Shown piece by piece: positions 56,448 to 64,000 of a stretch of DNA of 64,000 nt. The position numbers and the translations under genes were made by a program. Numbering within the stretch: position 1 is the first letter of the stretch; each line of letters opens with the position of its first letter. Source of the stretch: Candidatus Sericytochromatia bacterium (GTDB lineage Bacteria; Cyanobacteriota; Sericytochromatia; S15B-MN24; UBA4093); assembly GCA_036676985.1 (NCBI GenBank), contig JAKFBU010000007.1, positions 1 through 64,000 on the forward strand, written 5' to 3'. Below the pieces are notes generated by a model, which did no database searches, was not told the DNA's origin, and saw only the letters and a program-made list of their open reading frames with translations.

Positions 56448-57299
56448 ATGCCGGACGCCGCGACCTTCCTGCTCGGACTCATCGGGTATCCGCTCGGCCA
56501 TACGCTGTCGCCGCGGCTGCATCAAGCGGCCTTGGCGGCGGCTGCGTTGAACGGGGTCTACCTGGCCCTGCCCACGCCGCCCGAGCGTCTCGAGGACGCC
56601 GTGCGCGGCATCCGGGCCTGGCAGGTACGCGGCATGAACGTCACGATCCCGCACAAGGTTGCCGTGATCCCCTTCCTCGACGGCCTGACGCCCGGAGCGG
56701 AGCTGGTGGGGGCGGTCAACACGATCTACTGGGACGGCGATCGCCTCATGGGCGACAACACCGACGTGGCGGGCGTCAAGGCGCTCGCCGCGGGCCTCGC
56801 CGTGGCGGGTCGGCGGGTCCTGGTGCTCGGCGCGGGCGGTTCGGCCCGCTCGGTCGGAGTCGCCCTGGGGCAGCTCGGGGCGAGCGAGGTGACCTTCCTG
56901 GTGCGCCGCCCGGGGGCGGCCGCGGAGCTCGTCGCCAGGCTCTCGGAGGCGTTCGAGGGCCTGCGCGTGGTCGAAGCGCCCTGGGAGCGAGCCGTCGAGT
57001 GTCTGACGGCGGCCGATCTGGTCTTCAACACCACGCCCATCGGCATGGAGCCCCATGCGGGGGCCTCCCCGCTGTCCGCCGAGGAACTCGTGAGCCTGCC
57101 CGCGCACGCGGCGGTGCTCGACCTGGTCTACCGGCCCACGACCACCCGCCTCATGGAGCTTGCGGCCGCCCGTGGCCTCGAGAGCCGCAACGGGCTGCGC
57201 ATGCTCATGGCCCAGGCCCAGGCCGCCTTCGAGCGCTGGACCGGCCGGGACGTTCCCATGGACGTGTGGGAGCGATCGCTCGAAGGCCTCGTCCTGTGA
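56448..57299 (+). CDS. aroE: Shikimate dehydrogenase
   Basis: GYPLGHTLSP, NVTIPHK, GAVNT, NTD, LGAGGSAR, NTTPIGM. Confidence 0.95.
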   Translation: MPDAATFLLGLIGYPLGHTLSPRLHQAALAAAALNGVYLALPTPPERLEDAVRGIRAWQVRGMNVTIPHKVAVIPFLDGLTPGAELVGAVNTIYWDGDRLMGDNTDVAGVKALAAGLAVAGRRVLVLGAGGSARSVGVALGQLGASEVTFLVRRPGAAAELVARLSEAFEGLRVVEAPWERAVECLTAADLVFNTTPIGMEPHAGASPLSAEELVSLPAHAAVLDLVYRPTTTRLMELAAARGLESRNGLRMLMAQAQAAFERWTGRDVPMDVWERSLEGLVL

Positions 57300-57363
57300 C
57301 CAAGGACGGGCCAATGGAGGGTATAATGGGGTGCTCAGCGTGATCCGACCCGGAAGGTCAATC

Positions 57364-58323
57364 GTGGACACCGTTTTCCTGCAGTATCCCAGCCTCACCC
57401 TCGACCGCCCGGCCCAGCCGGCGGTGGTGGCCATCGGCATGTTCGACGGGGTCCACCTGGGGCACCAGGCGGTGGTCTCGGAGGCCCGCAAGCTCGCGAC
57501 CGAGCTCGGCCTCGCCTGCGTGGTCTTCACCTTCGTCACCCACCCGCGCACGGTCCTGAGGCCCGACACGCCGATTCCCCTCCTCACGACCTGGGAGGAG
57601 AAGAGCGAGCGGCTCGCAAACATGGGAGTGGACCTCCTGGTGGGCGCCCAGTTCACCCAGTCCTTCGCCGAGATCGGCGCCGAGGACTTCGTCCGTCGCA
57701 TCCTCCAGGAGCAGTTGCACGCCCGGCACGTGGTGGTGGGCTACAACTTCGCCTTCGGCCACAACCAGTCGGGGACGGTCGACACCCTGCGCCAGCTGGG
57801 CCCCGCTCACGGCTTCGACGTCACGATCGTGCCCCCCTTCACCGCCGACGAGGGCGCCATCTCCAGCTCGCGGATCCGCAAGCTCCTGGCCATGGGCCAC
57901 ATCGAGGAGGCCAACCGTCTGCTGGGCCGTCCCTACTCGCTGACGGGCGTGGTGGTCCAGGGCGATCAGCGCGGGCGACTGCTGGGCTTCCCGACGGCGA
58001 ACGTGCAGGTGGACGATCAGAAGCTCCTGCCCGCCTTCGGCGTCTACGCGGGCCATGCCAACTGGGACGGGCAGTCCAACCCCTGCGTGGTCAACCTGGG
58101 CATGCGTCCGACTTTCGACCCGCCCCAGCTGCGCATCGAGGCCCACCTGCTCGACTTCAACGGGGACCTCTACGGCCGCCGGATGACCCTGGATCTGCTG
58201 CACCGGCTGCGTCCGGAGCAGGCCTTCAAGGGCGTGGACGCCCTCGTCGCGCAGATCCGCGCCGACGTCCGCCAGGCCACGGAGCTCCTGGACCTCGCGC
58301 CCGTGCCCGATCGGAGGGTATGA
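57364..58323 (+). CDS. ribF: Bifunctional riboflavin kinase/FAD synthetase
   Basis: GMFDGVHLGHQ, ISSSRIR, GRLLGFPTAN, RPTF, EAHLLDF. Confidence 0.97.
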   Translation: MDTVFLQYPSLTLDRPAQPAVVAIGMFDGVHLGHQAVVSEARKLATELGLACVVFTFVTHPRTVLRPDTPIPLLTTWEEKSERLANMGVDLLVGAQFTQSFAEIGAEDFVRRILQEQLHARHVVVGYNFAFGHNQSGTVDTLRQLGPAHGFDVTIVPPFTADEGAISSSRIRKLLAMGHIEEANRLLGRPYSLTGVVVQGDQRGRLLGFPTANVQVDDQKLLPAFGVYAGHANWDGQSNPCVVNLGMRPTFDPPQLRIEAHLLDFNGDLYGRRMTLDLLHRLRPEQAFKGVDALVAQIRADVRQATELLDLAPVPDRRV

Positions 58324-58398
58324 TATCCCGAGGAACGATCAACGGTACCTCACATGGCGGGGCATGGACCGCCGGGAGGACCTGGAAGGAGGTCGACC

Positions 58399-58698
58399 TT
58401 GGAAGTGCGCAACGTCATGGAGGCCCTGGTGGACGGGGCGCTCGACGAGGAGCTCGGTGGATCGCCCGGGGTGTGCGCCTGCGATCGCTGCCGGATCGAC
58501 ATGAAGGCCTTCGCCCTCAACAACCTTCCGGCCCGCTACGTGGTCGACGACCCGGGGGCCGTGCGGGCCACCCTGGAGACCCTGGTGGCTCCTTTGCGGG
58601 GAGACGTCCGCTACAGCGTCCGGACGGCCATCCAGATGGTCGGCGCCCGACCGAGGCACGCGCGATCGCTGGTGGGACGCCGGGTCCAGCATGATTGA
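58399..58698 (+). CDS. ComFB-family protein (late competence development; cyclic-dinucleotide receptor family)
   Basis: NVMEALV...CACDRCRIDMKAFALNNLPARYVV...V..RPRH; TTG start after AGGAGG. Confidence 0.88.
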   Translation: MEVRNVMEALVDGALDEELGGSPGVCACDRCRIDMKAFALNNLPARYVVDDPGAVRATLETLVAPLRGDVRYSVRTAIQMVGARPRHARSLVGRRVQHD

Positions 58699-58728
58699 AG
58701 CGGGGAGCCCCCAGGGGCTCCCCGCTTT
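58698..58728. terminator. Bidirectional terminator
   Basis: AAGCGGGGAGCCCC-CA-GGGGCTCCCCGCTTT. Confidence 0.8.
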
Positions 58729-58730
58729 GC

Positions 58731-61079
58731 TTATTTCCCGTTCCCGCCTTTGCCCTTCGGATTCGCCGATTTGGCTTGAGTGGATGCGGAGCCGAGCTCC
58801 TTCACGAGGTCCCGGACCTCCTGACCGATGGTCGAGGGTCCGCCCTGTTTGGAATCGGCGCCCGCGGCGGTGACTTGGCCGCCATGTGCGCCCTGTTTGT
58901 GTGGCGAGCCGTTGTTCGGGTTGGAAATGGTACCGGTCACCTGAGCGATCGAGGGCCGGGATTGCAGGGCTTGGGTCGTTCGGAGCCTCAAGCGAACGGA
59001 GGTCCCGCTGATGGCTTGGCGCGAGCCGCCGACGCTCCGGTCCGAGGCGAAGCTGGACGCCCCGGCTTTCAGCGGAGCGGACTCGACCAGCTTGACCGGC
59101 GTCAGGTCCTGGCGCCACGCCCGGAGGGGGACGGGTACCGACTTGGTGGCCTCCCGGGTGCTCCCGCCGTCCCGCCGCCGCTTCTCGCCCGTCGCCGTCC
59201 ACGGGGAGTAGGCATCGCTGATATCCTGGCCGGGAACGGTGCTGACGAGCACCGAGTAGGTGCTGGTGCGGGTCCTAGGCTCCAAGACCGTGACGGATCG
59301 GGTCGCCCACTCGGTGGAGGTGACCGTTTCCATCAAGGGGCCGAACACGGGCTCCCTCATGTGGCGAATGGTCGATACGCCGCCGTTCGAGTCCACGGCG
59401 ACGGAGGTGCCGCCATAGCCACCTTTGGACGGGCCCATGGCACCGGTCGTCGGGGCCTTTCCACCTCCCGTCGCGGTTTTCGAGCCACCCGCCTGAGTCC
59501 TGCCGCTCGGGGTCGAGGCCGCCAGGTACTTGTTCTCGCAGCGAATGGTCGGATCGTCGTGGGTGTGGGAGAACTGGTACGTGGAGCCCCGGTCCAACCA
59601 TCGAACGACCGTCTTGACCGGGACCTGCTTGGTGACGAGGTGTGGCTTGGTGCTCCATTCCTGCCGGGTCTCGTAGTCGAGGACGGTGCTTTGCCGGGTG
59701 CCGACGCCGGCCGCGGTCATGGCGTCCGTGATGATCGGCATGCGGCTGGTATGGTGGCCCACGATCGTGTAGCCCTTCTTCATCTCGGGCTCGAGCAGGA
59801 CGATGCGGTCGGCGAGTTTGCCGAGCATGGGGCTGTTGGGATAGGTCGCCTCCTTTTCGGCGCGATTGGCCTTCGAGATCCGGGGGCTGTTGCTGGTCGT
59901 CACGGCGCGATAGCTGCACCCGATGCCGGGACAGTGATAGTGCCGCCAGAAGACCCCCTGGCCGACGCCCGTCCCTTGCAGATCGTCCGGTTTATCGGCG
60001 AACTGCTCCAGTTGGAGGGAGAACGTGGCGGGAGTGGTGACGGTGACCATCTTGGTCGAGGTCTCGGTATACGCGACCTCGCGCGTGGCCTGGACCTGCG
60101 TGTCGTAGGCCAGGTAGTTGTCGAGCTTGACCTTCACCTTGGCTCCCCACCAGTGGGTCCATGCCGCGTGCCGCAGGTCCCCTTCGAACTCGAGGTAGTG
60201 GGTGCCGTTGGCCGAGGTCACGACACACGTCCCCCCGATTTGCGGCTCGGACCCGACCCGGCCCCAGCCCTGTTGCGTGTAGGAGAGCTTGGTCTTCGAT
60301 CCGTCCGTGAAGCGCATGGAGACGTAGTTGAGCCGCAGATCGGGACAGTTGAGCGTCACCCCCGCTTCGTCCGTCCACATGGTCACAGTGCCCCAGTCCC
60401 TTCCCGTGACGTGATCGATCATGCGCCCGTCGTAGACGTTGCGCCGGGTGGTCGTGAACGATTCGGTCCGGGTCTTGGTGACGGTCTCGTCCTGCGGCAC
60501 CGTCTCCGTCTTGGTGTAGTGCTGCGTCGTGTAGATCGGCTGCGGCTCGATGCTGTAGGTGGAGGTGACGGTCTTGAAGACGGGCACCTGGACTTCGACG
60601 AGCTCGGGCTCGGTGCTCAGCTCCTGGACGGGGACCGTGACGGGCTTTTCGGCGCTCGTCGTTACCCACTCGCCGACCTCCTTTTCGACCGGCACCATGA
60701 CCGTCGAGGACGTGCTCTGCTCGGCGTACGTGCGTAGCTCGTAGCGTTGCGTGGACGTCGTCTTGGTGCGCTGCTCCTTGGCCTCCTGGGGGTAGGTGGT
60801 CGTGCGCTGGCGGTAGTCGTCCATCCGGTATTCCTGGAACTGGAGGAGCGAGGGACTGGGTTGGCTCTTTTGGACCCAGGTCCGCGATCCGACCAGCTCC
60901 CAGGGACCGGTGACGGTCTCCGTCGTTTGGATGGGTTGCCAGCGAACCTCCTGGGCCGTCGACTGGCTCTGGTCGAGGTTCACGCGGACGGGGGCCGGGG
61001 CCGCCCAGGCGAGGCCGGGGGCGATCGCGAGCGTGACGCACAGGAGCAAACCGGGAGCGCGGAAAAGGCTTGGGCGCAT
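58731..61079 (-). CDS. Large secreted Thr/Val-rich hypothetical protein (782 aa)
   Basis: GAGGAGG RBS; signal peptide ending LAWA; long extended T/V/K/E tracts. Confidence 0.75.
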   Translation of the reverse strand: MRPSLFRAPGLLLCVTLAIAPGLAWAAPAPVRVNLDQSQSTAQEVRWQPIQTTETVTGPWELVGSRTWVQKSQPSPSLLQFQEYRMDDYRQRTTTYPQEAKEQRTKTTSTQRYELRTYAEQSTSSTVMVPVEKEVGEWVTTSAEKPVTVPVQELSTEPELVEVQVPVFKTVTSTYSIEPQPIYTTQHYTKTETVPQDETVTKTRTESFTTTRRNVYDGRMIDHVTGRDWGTVTMWTDEAGVTLNCPDLRLNYVSMRFTDGSKTKLSYTQQGWGRVGSEPQIGGTCVVTSANGTHYLEFEGDLRHAAWTHWWGAKVKVKLDNYLAYDTQVQATREVAYTETSTKMVTVTTPATFSLQLEQFADKPDDLQGTGVGQGVFWRHYHCPGIGCSYRAVTTSNSPRISKANRAEKEATYPNSPMLGKLADRIVLLEPEMKKGYTIVGHHTSRMPIITDAMTAAGVGTRQSTVLDYETRQEWSTKPHLVTKQVPVKTVVRWLDRGSTYQFSHTHDDPTIRCENKYLAASTPSGRTQAGGSKTATGGGKAPTTGAMGPSKGGYGGTSVAVDSNGGVSTIRHMREPVFGPLMETVTSTEWATRSVTVLEPRTRTSTYSVLVSTVPGQDISDAYSPWTATGEKRRRDGGSTREATKSVPVPLRAWRQDLTPVKLVESAPLKAGASSFASDRSVGGSRQAISGTSVRLRLRTTQALQSRPSIAQVTGTISNPNNGSPHKQGAHGGQVTAAGADSKQGGPSTIGQEVRDLVKELGSASTQAKSANPKGKGGNGK

Positions 61080-61194
61080 AGGCACCTCCTCTCGGCATCG
61101 CCGACTGTTCGGAAAATCATGACGATGTTTCGTACTGGAGTCATACCCGGCGATCAGTAACTTAAACTGAAAACGAACGATATTTTTTACATCA

Positions 61195-61227
61195 AAAAAC
61201 CCGGGCACTCGACAGAGTGCCCGGGCG
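61195..61227 (-). terminator. Intrinsic terminator
   Basis: CCCGGGCACTC-GACA-GAGTGCCCGGG with an A-run on the + strand. Confidence 0.75.
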
Positions 61228-61240
61228 TGGGGTGAGGGTG

Positions 61241-61654
61241 CTAGTTCAGGGTGATCTGCTGGAGGGTGCGCAGGACGACGTGGAGGTTGGGCCCCAGCCG
61301 GCTGTTGAGCAGGGTGAAGCCACGGCGCTCGGCGAGGTCGATCAGCTGGCGATCGGGTGCGTTGTTGCCGACGGTGGCGACGATGACGGGGACGTCCAGG
61401 GGCAGATCGCGGATGGTGTCGAGCGGGACGGGTTCGTCGGAGTGCTGGAAGAAGACGATGGTGTCGGGGTGCTGGTGTTCGACGACATCGAGCGTGAGGT
61501 GGGGGACGCTGGTGACGTCGTAGCCTTGCTGGCTCAGGTCGGCGCGGGTGAAGCGGCCGATGGCGGCGGAGTCGATCCGCATGAGGATGCGGCCCTTGGG
61601 GTGGTCCACCGGGGACGTTTGGGGACGCGCTCGAGAGATGATGCGTTCCGGCAT
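61241..61654 (-). CDS. Hypothetical protein, DRTGG / HPr-kinase N-domain-like
   Basis: PVIVAT....PDRQLIDLAERRGFTLLNS pattern; AAGGAGG RBS. Confidence 0.55.
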   Translation of the reverse strand: MPERIISRARPQTSPVDHPKGRILMRIDSAAIGRFTRADLSQQGYDVTSVPHLTLDVVEHQHPDTIVFFQHSDEPVPLDTIRDLPLDVPVIVATVGNNAPDRQLIDLAERRGFTLLNSRLGPNLHVVLRTLQQITLN

Positions 61655-61812
61655 GCGAAGAGTGCCTCCTTCTATTCACTTGCCATCCTCACCATACCCT
61701 CCCCGGGAGACCGGAAACGGCACAAGCGGGCCCTTTTCAGGGAAAACTGCGGTGTACATTCGCGGGGCTGCTTGCTAGACTGTGGTACCGCCCACCTCAT
61801 AAGGAGAATCAC

Positions 61813-62739
61813 GTGGAAGCTCGTCGTATCAAGATCGGCACTCGGGGCAGCCAGCTCGCGCTCTGGCAGACCAACTGGGTCATCAGCCAGCTCTGCGCGG
61901 TGGCTCCGGAGATCAGCTGCGACATCGAGATCATCCGGACGGAGGGCGATCGCCGTCAGGACATTCCCCTGCCCGCCGTGGGCGCCCAGGGGGTCTTCGT
62001 CGCCGAGCTCGAGGCGGCCCTCGCCGATGGCCGGGTGGATCTGGCGGTGCATTCCTCCAAGGACCTGCCGACCTCGCTGCATGCCGACTGCATGCTGGGC
62101 GCCTTCATGCCGCGCGAGGACGCCCACGACGTGATCGTTTCGCACAAGCATGCCTCGATCGCGGACCTGCCCGACGGGGCGCGCATCGGGACGGGCAGCT
62201 TCCGGCGCGTGGCCCAGCTCAAGACCCACAACCCGAGCTGGCGCTTCGAGGATCTGCGCGGCAACCTGGACACGCGCCTCTCCAAGCTCGAGCACCAGGA
62301 CTTCGACGCCATCGTGCTCGCGGCCGCGGGCCTCATCCGGCTCGGCCTCGAGGAGCGCATCACCTCCCGGATCCCCATGGGCGTCTGCCTGCCCGCCGTG
62401 GGCCAGGGGGCCGTGGCCATCGAAGTCCGCACATCGGACTCCGGGCTGCGCGAGGTCCTCACGCGCTTGAACCACGACGCGACCCGCGCGGCGGTCCTCG
62501 CGGAGCGGGCCTTTTTGCGGACGCTGCAGGGCGGGTGCCAGGCGCCCATCGGCGCCCATGCGATCCTGTTCGGCGATCAGATCCAGCTGCAGGGCGTGGT
62601 GGCGGCGGCCGACGGTTCCAAGGTGATCCGCCGGGTCATGGAAGGCCCCATGGCCAAGCCGGAAGAGCTGGGCACCGCCCTGGCCCAGGAGCTGCTCGAC
62701 CTCGGAGCCAAGGACCTCCTCGCGGCCAGCCGGTCCTAG
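61813..62739 (+). CDS. hemC: Porphobilinogen deaminase
   Basis: IGTRGSQLALWQ, AVHSSKDLP, RGNLDTR, GGCQAPIG. Confidence 0.98.
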   Translation: MEARRIKIGTRGSQLALWQTNWVISQLCAVAPEISCDIEIIRTEGDRRQDIPLPAVGAQGVFVAELEAALADGRVDLAVHSSKDLPTSLHADCMLGAFMPREDAHDVIVSHKHASIADLPDGARIGTGSFRRVAQLKTHNPSWRFEDLRGNLDTRLSKLEHQDFDAIVLAAAGLIRLGLEERITSRIPMGVCLPAVGQGAVAIEVRTSDSGLREVLTRLNHDATRAAVLAERAFLRTLQGGCQAPIGAHAILFGDQIQLQGVVAAADGSKVIRRVMEGPMAKPEELGTALAQELLDLGAKDLLAASRS

Positions 62740-62742
62740 CGC

Positions 62743-63534
62743 ATGGCCGTGCGGCCGCTCGAGGGGCGGCGGGTCCTGGTGACCCGCCCGCGTGAGCAGG
62801 CAGCCGAGCTGACGGCGGGCCTTGCGGCCCTCGGGGCGGAGGTCGTGCACCGGCCGCTCATCGCCATCGGGCCACCCGAAGACGGAGGGCCGCTGGCGTC
62901 GGCCCTTTCACGTCTGGAGACTTTCGACTGGGTGGTCCTCACGAGCGCCAACGCCGTGGAGGCCGTGTTCGACCGCTTTTCGGGCGAGGTGCCCTCCGCC
63001 CTGCGGTGGGCGGTGGTGGGTCGGCGCACGGCGGAGGTGCTCGCGGGCCATGGCGTCACACCGGAACTGGTGGCGGAGCCCGCCACGGCCGAGCGGCTGG
63101 GCGAGCTCATGGCGGCATGCGGCATGGCCGGGCAGCGGGTGTTGTTTCCGCGCAGCGATCGGGCGCGCGAGGTGCTGCCACGGCTCTTGGGCGCGGCGGG
63201 AGCCGAGGTGGAGGCGCCGATCGCCTATCGAACGCTGTCCGCTCCTGACAGGGCGAGCCTGCGCGAGGCGCTGGCGGAAGTCGACTGGGTCACGCTGACG
63301 AGCCCCTCCACGTGGCACGAACTGCTCGCGGGCCTAGGGGAGTCTCCCTTGCCGGCAGGGGTGCGCCTTGCGGCCATCGGCCCGACGACCGCGGCGGCGG
63401 TGCGGGAGAGCGGGTACGAGCCCGCATGCGTGGCCGATCCTCCGGGGGTGCGGGGGCTGCTGGAGGCCATGGTCCGAGGCCCTCACATTTCCCACCCTCC
63501 GAGGGAGTTCCCGCCCCCCGGTGGGGCGGGTTAG
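62743..63534 (+). CDS. hemD: Uroporphyrinogen-III synthase
   Basis: RVLVTRP, TSANAV, AYRT, TSPST, AAIGPTTA. Confidence 0.95.
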   Translation: MAVRPLEGRRVLVTRPREQAAELTAGLAALGAEVVHRPLIAIGPPEDGGPLASALSRLETFDWVVLTSANAVEAVFDRFSGEVPSALRWAVVGRRTAEVLAGHGVTPELVAEPATAERLGELMAACGMAGQRVLFPRSDRAREVLPRLLGAAGAEVEAPIAYRTLSAPDRASLREALAEVDWVTLTSPSTWHELLAGLGESPLPAGVRLAAIGPTTAAAVRESGYEPACVADPPGVRGLLEAMVRGPHISHPPREFPPPGGAG

Positions 63535-63543
63535 GGTGGGGGG
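63510..63543. repeat. BoxC/PIT-like triplex motif overlapping the hemD stop
   Basis: CCCGCCCC-CCGGT-GGGGCGGG-TTA-GGGTGGGG: a hairpin plus a mirror purine tract. Confidence 0.6.
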
Positions 63544-63564
63544 ATTCAATCGCGAAGCGGTTCC

Positions 63565-64000
63565 TTATAGGTGCTGCTCGAACCACTCCGCCGCCGCATC
63601 CGCCGCGGGCTGATGGAAGAGGATGGTGAAATGGTTCTTCCGCGAGAAGGTATGCAGCTCCGCGGGCCCCGGCATCGCTTCCAGTAGCTCGTAGGCCGAC
63701 TCGGGCGGCACGATGGTGTCCCAGTCGCCCTGGATGAGCCGCGTGGGGATGGACGGCAGGTGCGGGGCATGCCCCAGCGGGTCCAGGCCGGTGATGATCG
63801 TGGCCGCATGGTCGTAGAACGGCGGATCCAGGAGCGTGTAGGCCAGCTCGGGCCCGAAGCGAACGTGGTTGAAGAAGCACGACATGACGTGCTCCATCGA
63901 GGCGTCGACCAGGGTGCCCGCGTTGATCGGGTGCACGGTCCCGATGGCCTCGCGCAGGCGCGTCCACTCGGAGACCTGCACCCTGAGCGGAGTGGCGATG
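63565..64000 (-). CDS. Alpha/beta-hydrolase, 3' part (5' end outside the window)
   Basis: PTRLIQGDWDTIVP (acid) ... KNHF (His) C-terminal pattern. Confidence 0.7.
   Translation of the reverse strand, partial: IATPLRVQVSEWTRLREAIGTVHPINAGTLVDASMEHVMSCFFNHVRFGPELAYTLLDPPFYDHAATIITGLDPLGHAPHLPSIPTRLIQGDWDTIVPPESAYELLEAMPGPAELHTFSRKNHFTILFHQPAADAAAEWFEQHL

Noticed and set aside
58731-61679. 982-aa ORF as a single protein
   Set aside because: The 5' 200 codons overlap the DRTGG-like gene in another frame and cross a terminator; the real start is 61079 with an RBS and signal peptide.

Overview
This is the replication-origin region of a high-GC diderm bacterium. The origin cluster runs mnmE-jag-yidC-yidD-rnpA-rpmH <> dnaA-oriC-dnaN-(yihY)-recF. 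The window also holds a CIRCE-controlled hrcA-grpE-dnaK-dnaJ operon, a histidine-utilisation operon (hutU-hutI-ftcd-cyclodeaminase-hutH) that runs directly into nanE, a ROK kinase and an AMIN/beta-barrel gene, a hicAB module, two orphan histidine kinases, a SigF/SigB-type sigma factor, purB, aroE, ribF and hemCD, and many lineage-specific secreted or lipoprotein genes. A cyanobacteria-like L34, ComFB, an AMIN domain, a short YidC and a DnaK carrying the diderm-type insert suggest, by inference only, a non-photosynthetic relative of Cyanobacteria such as Sericytochromatia. The main observations are: (1) a hidden rhodanese selenoprotein with an in-frame UGA in a C-x-U motif and a SECIS-like hairpin, cut short by the ORF track; (2) a dispersed family of triplex-capable palindromic repeats, some translated in frame inside proteins; (3) a hicA whose conserved N-terminus lacks a start codon; (4) two candidate structured ncRNAs; (5) signal-peptide-less proteins with sigma28-like -10 boxes that may be flagellar/T3SS-exported. 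No rRNA, tRNA, CRISPR array or transposase was seen.
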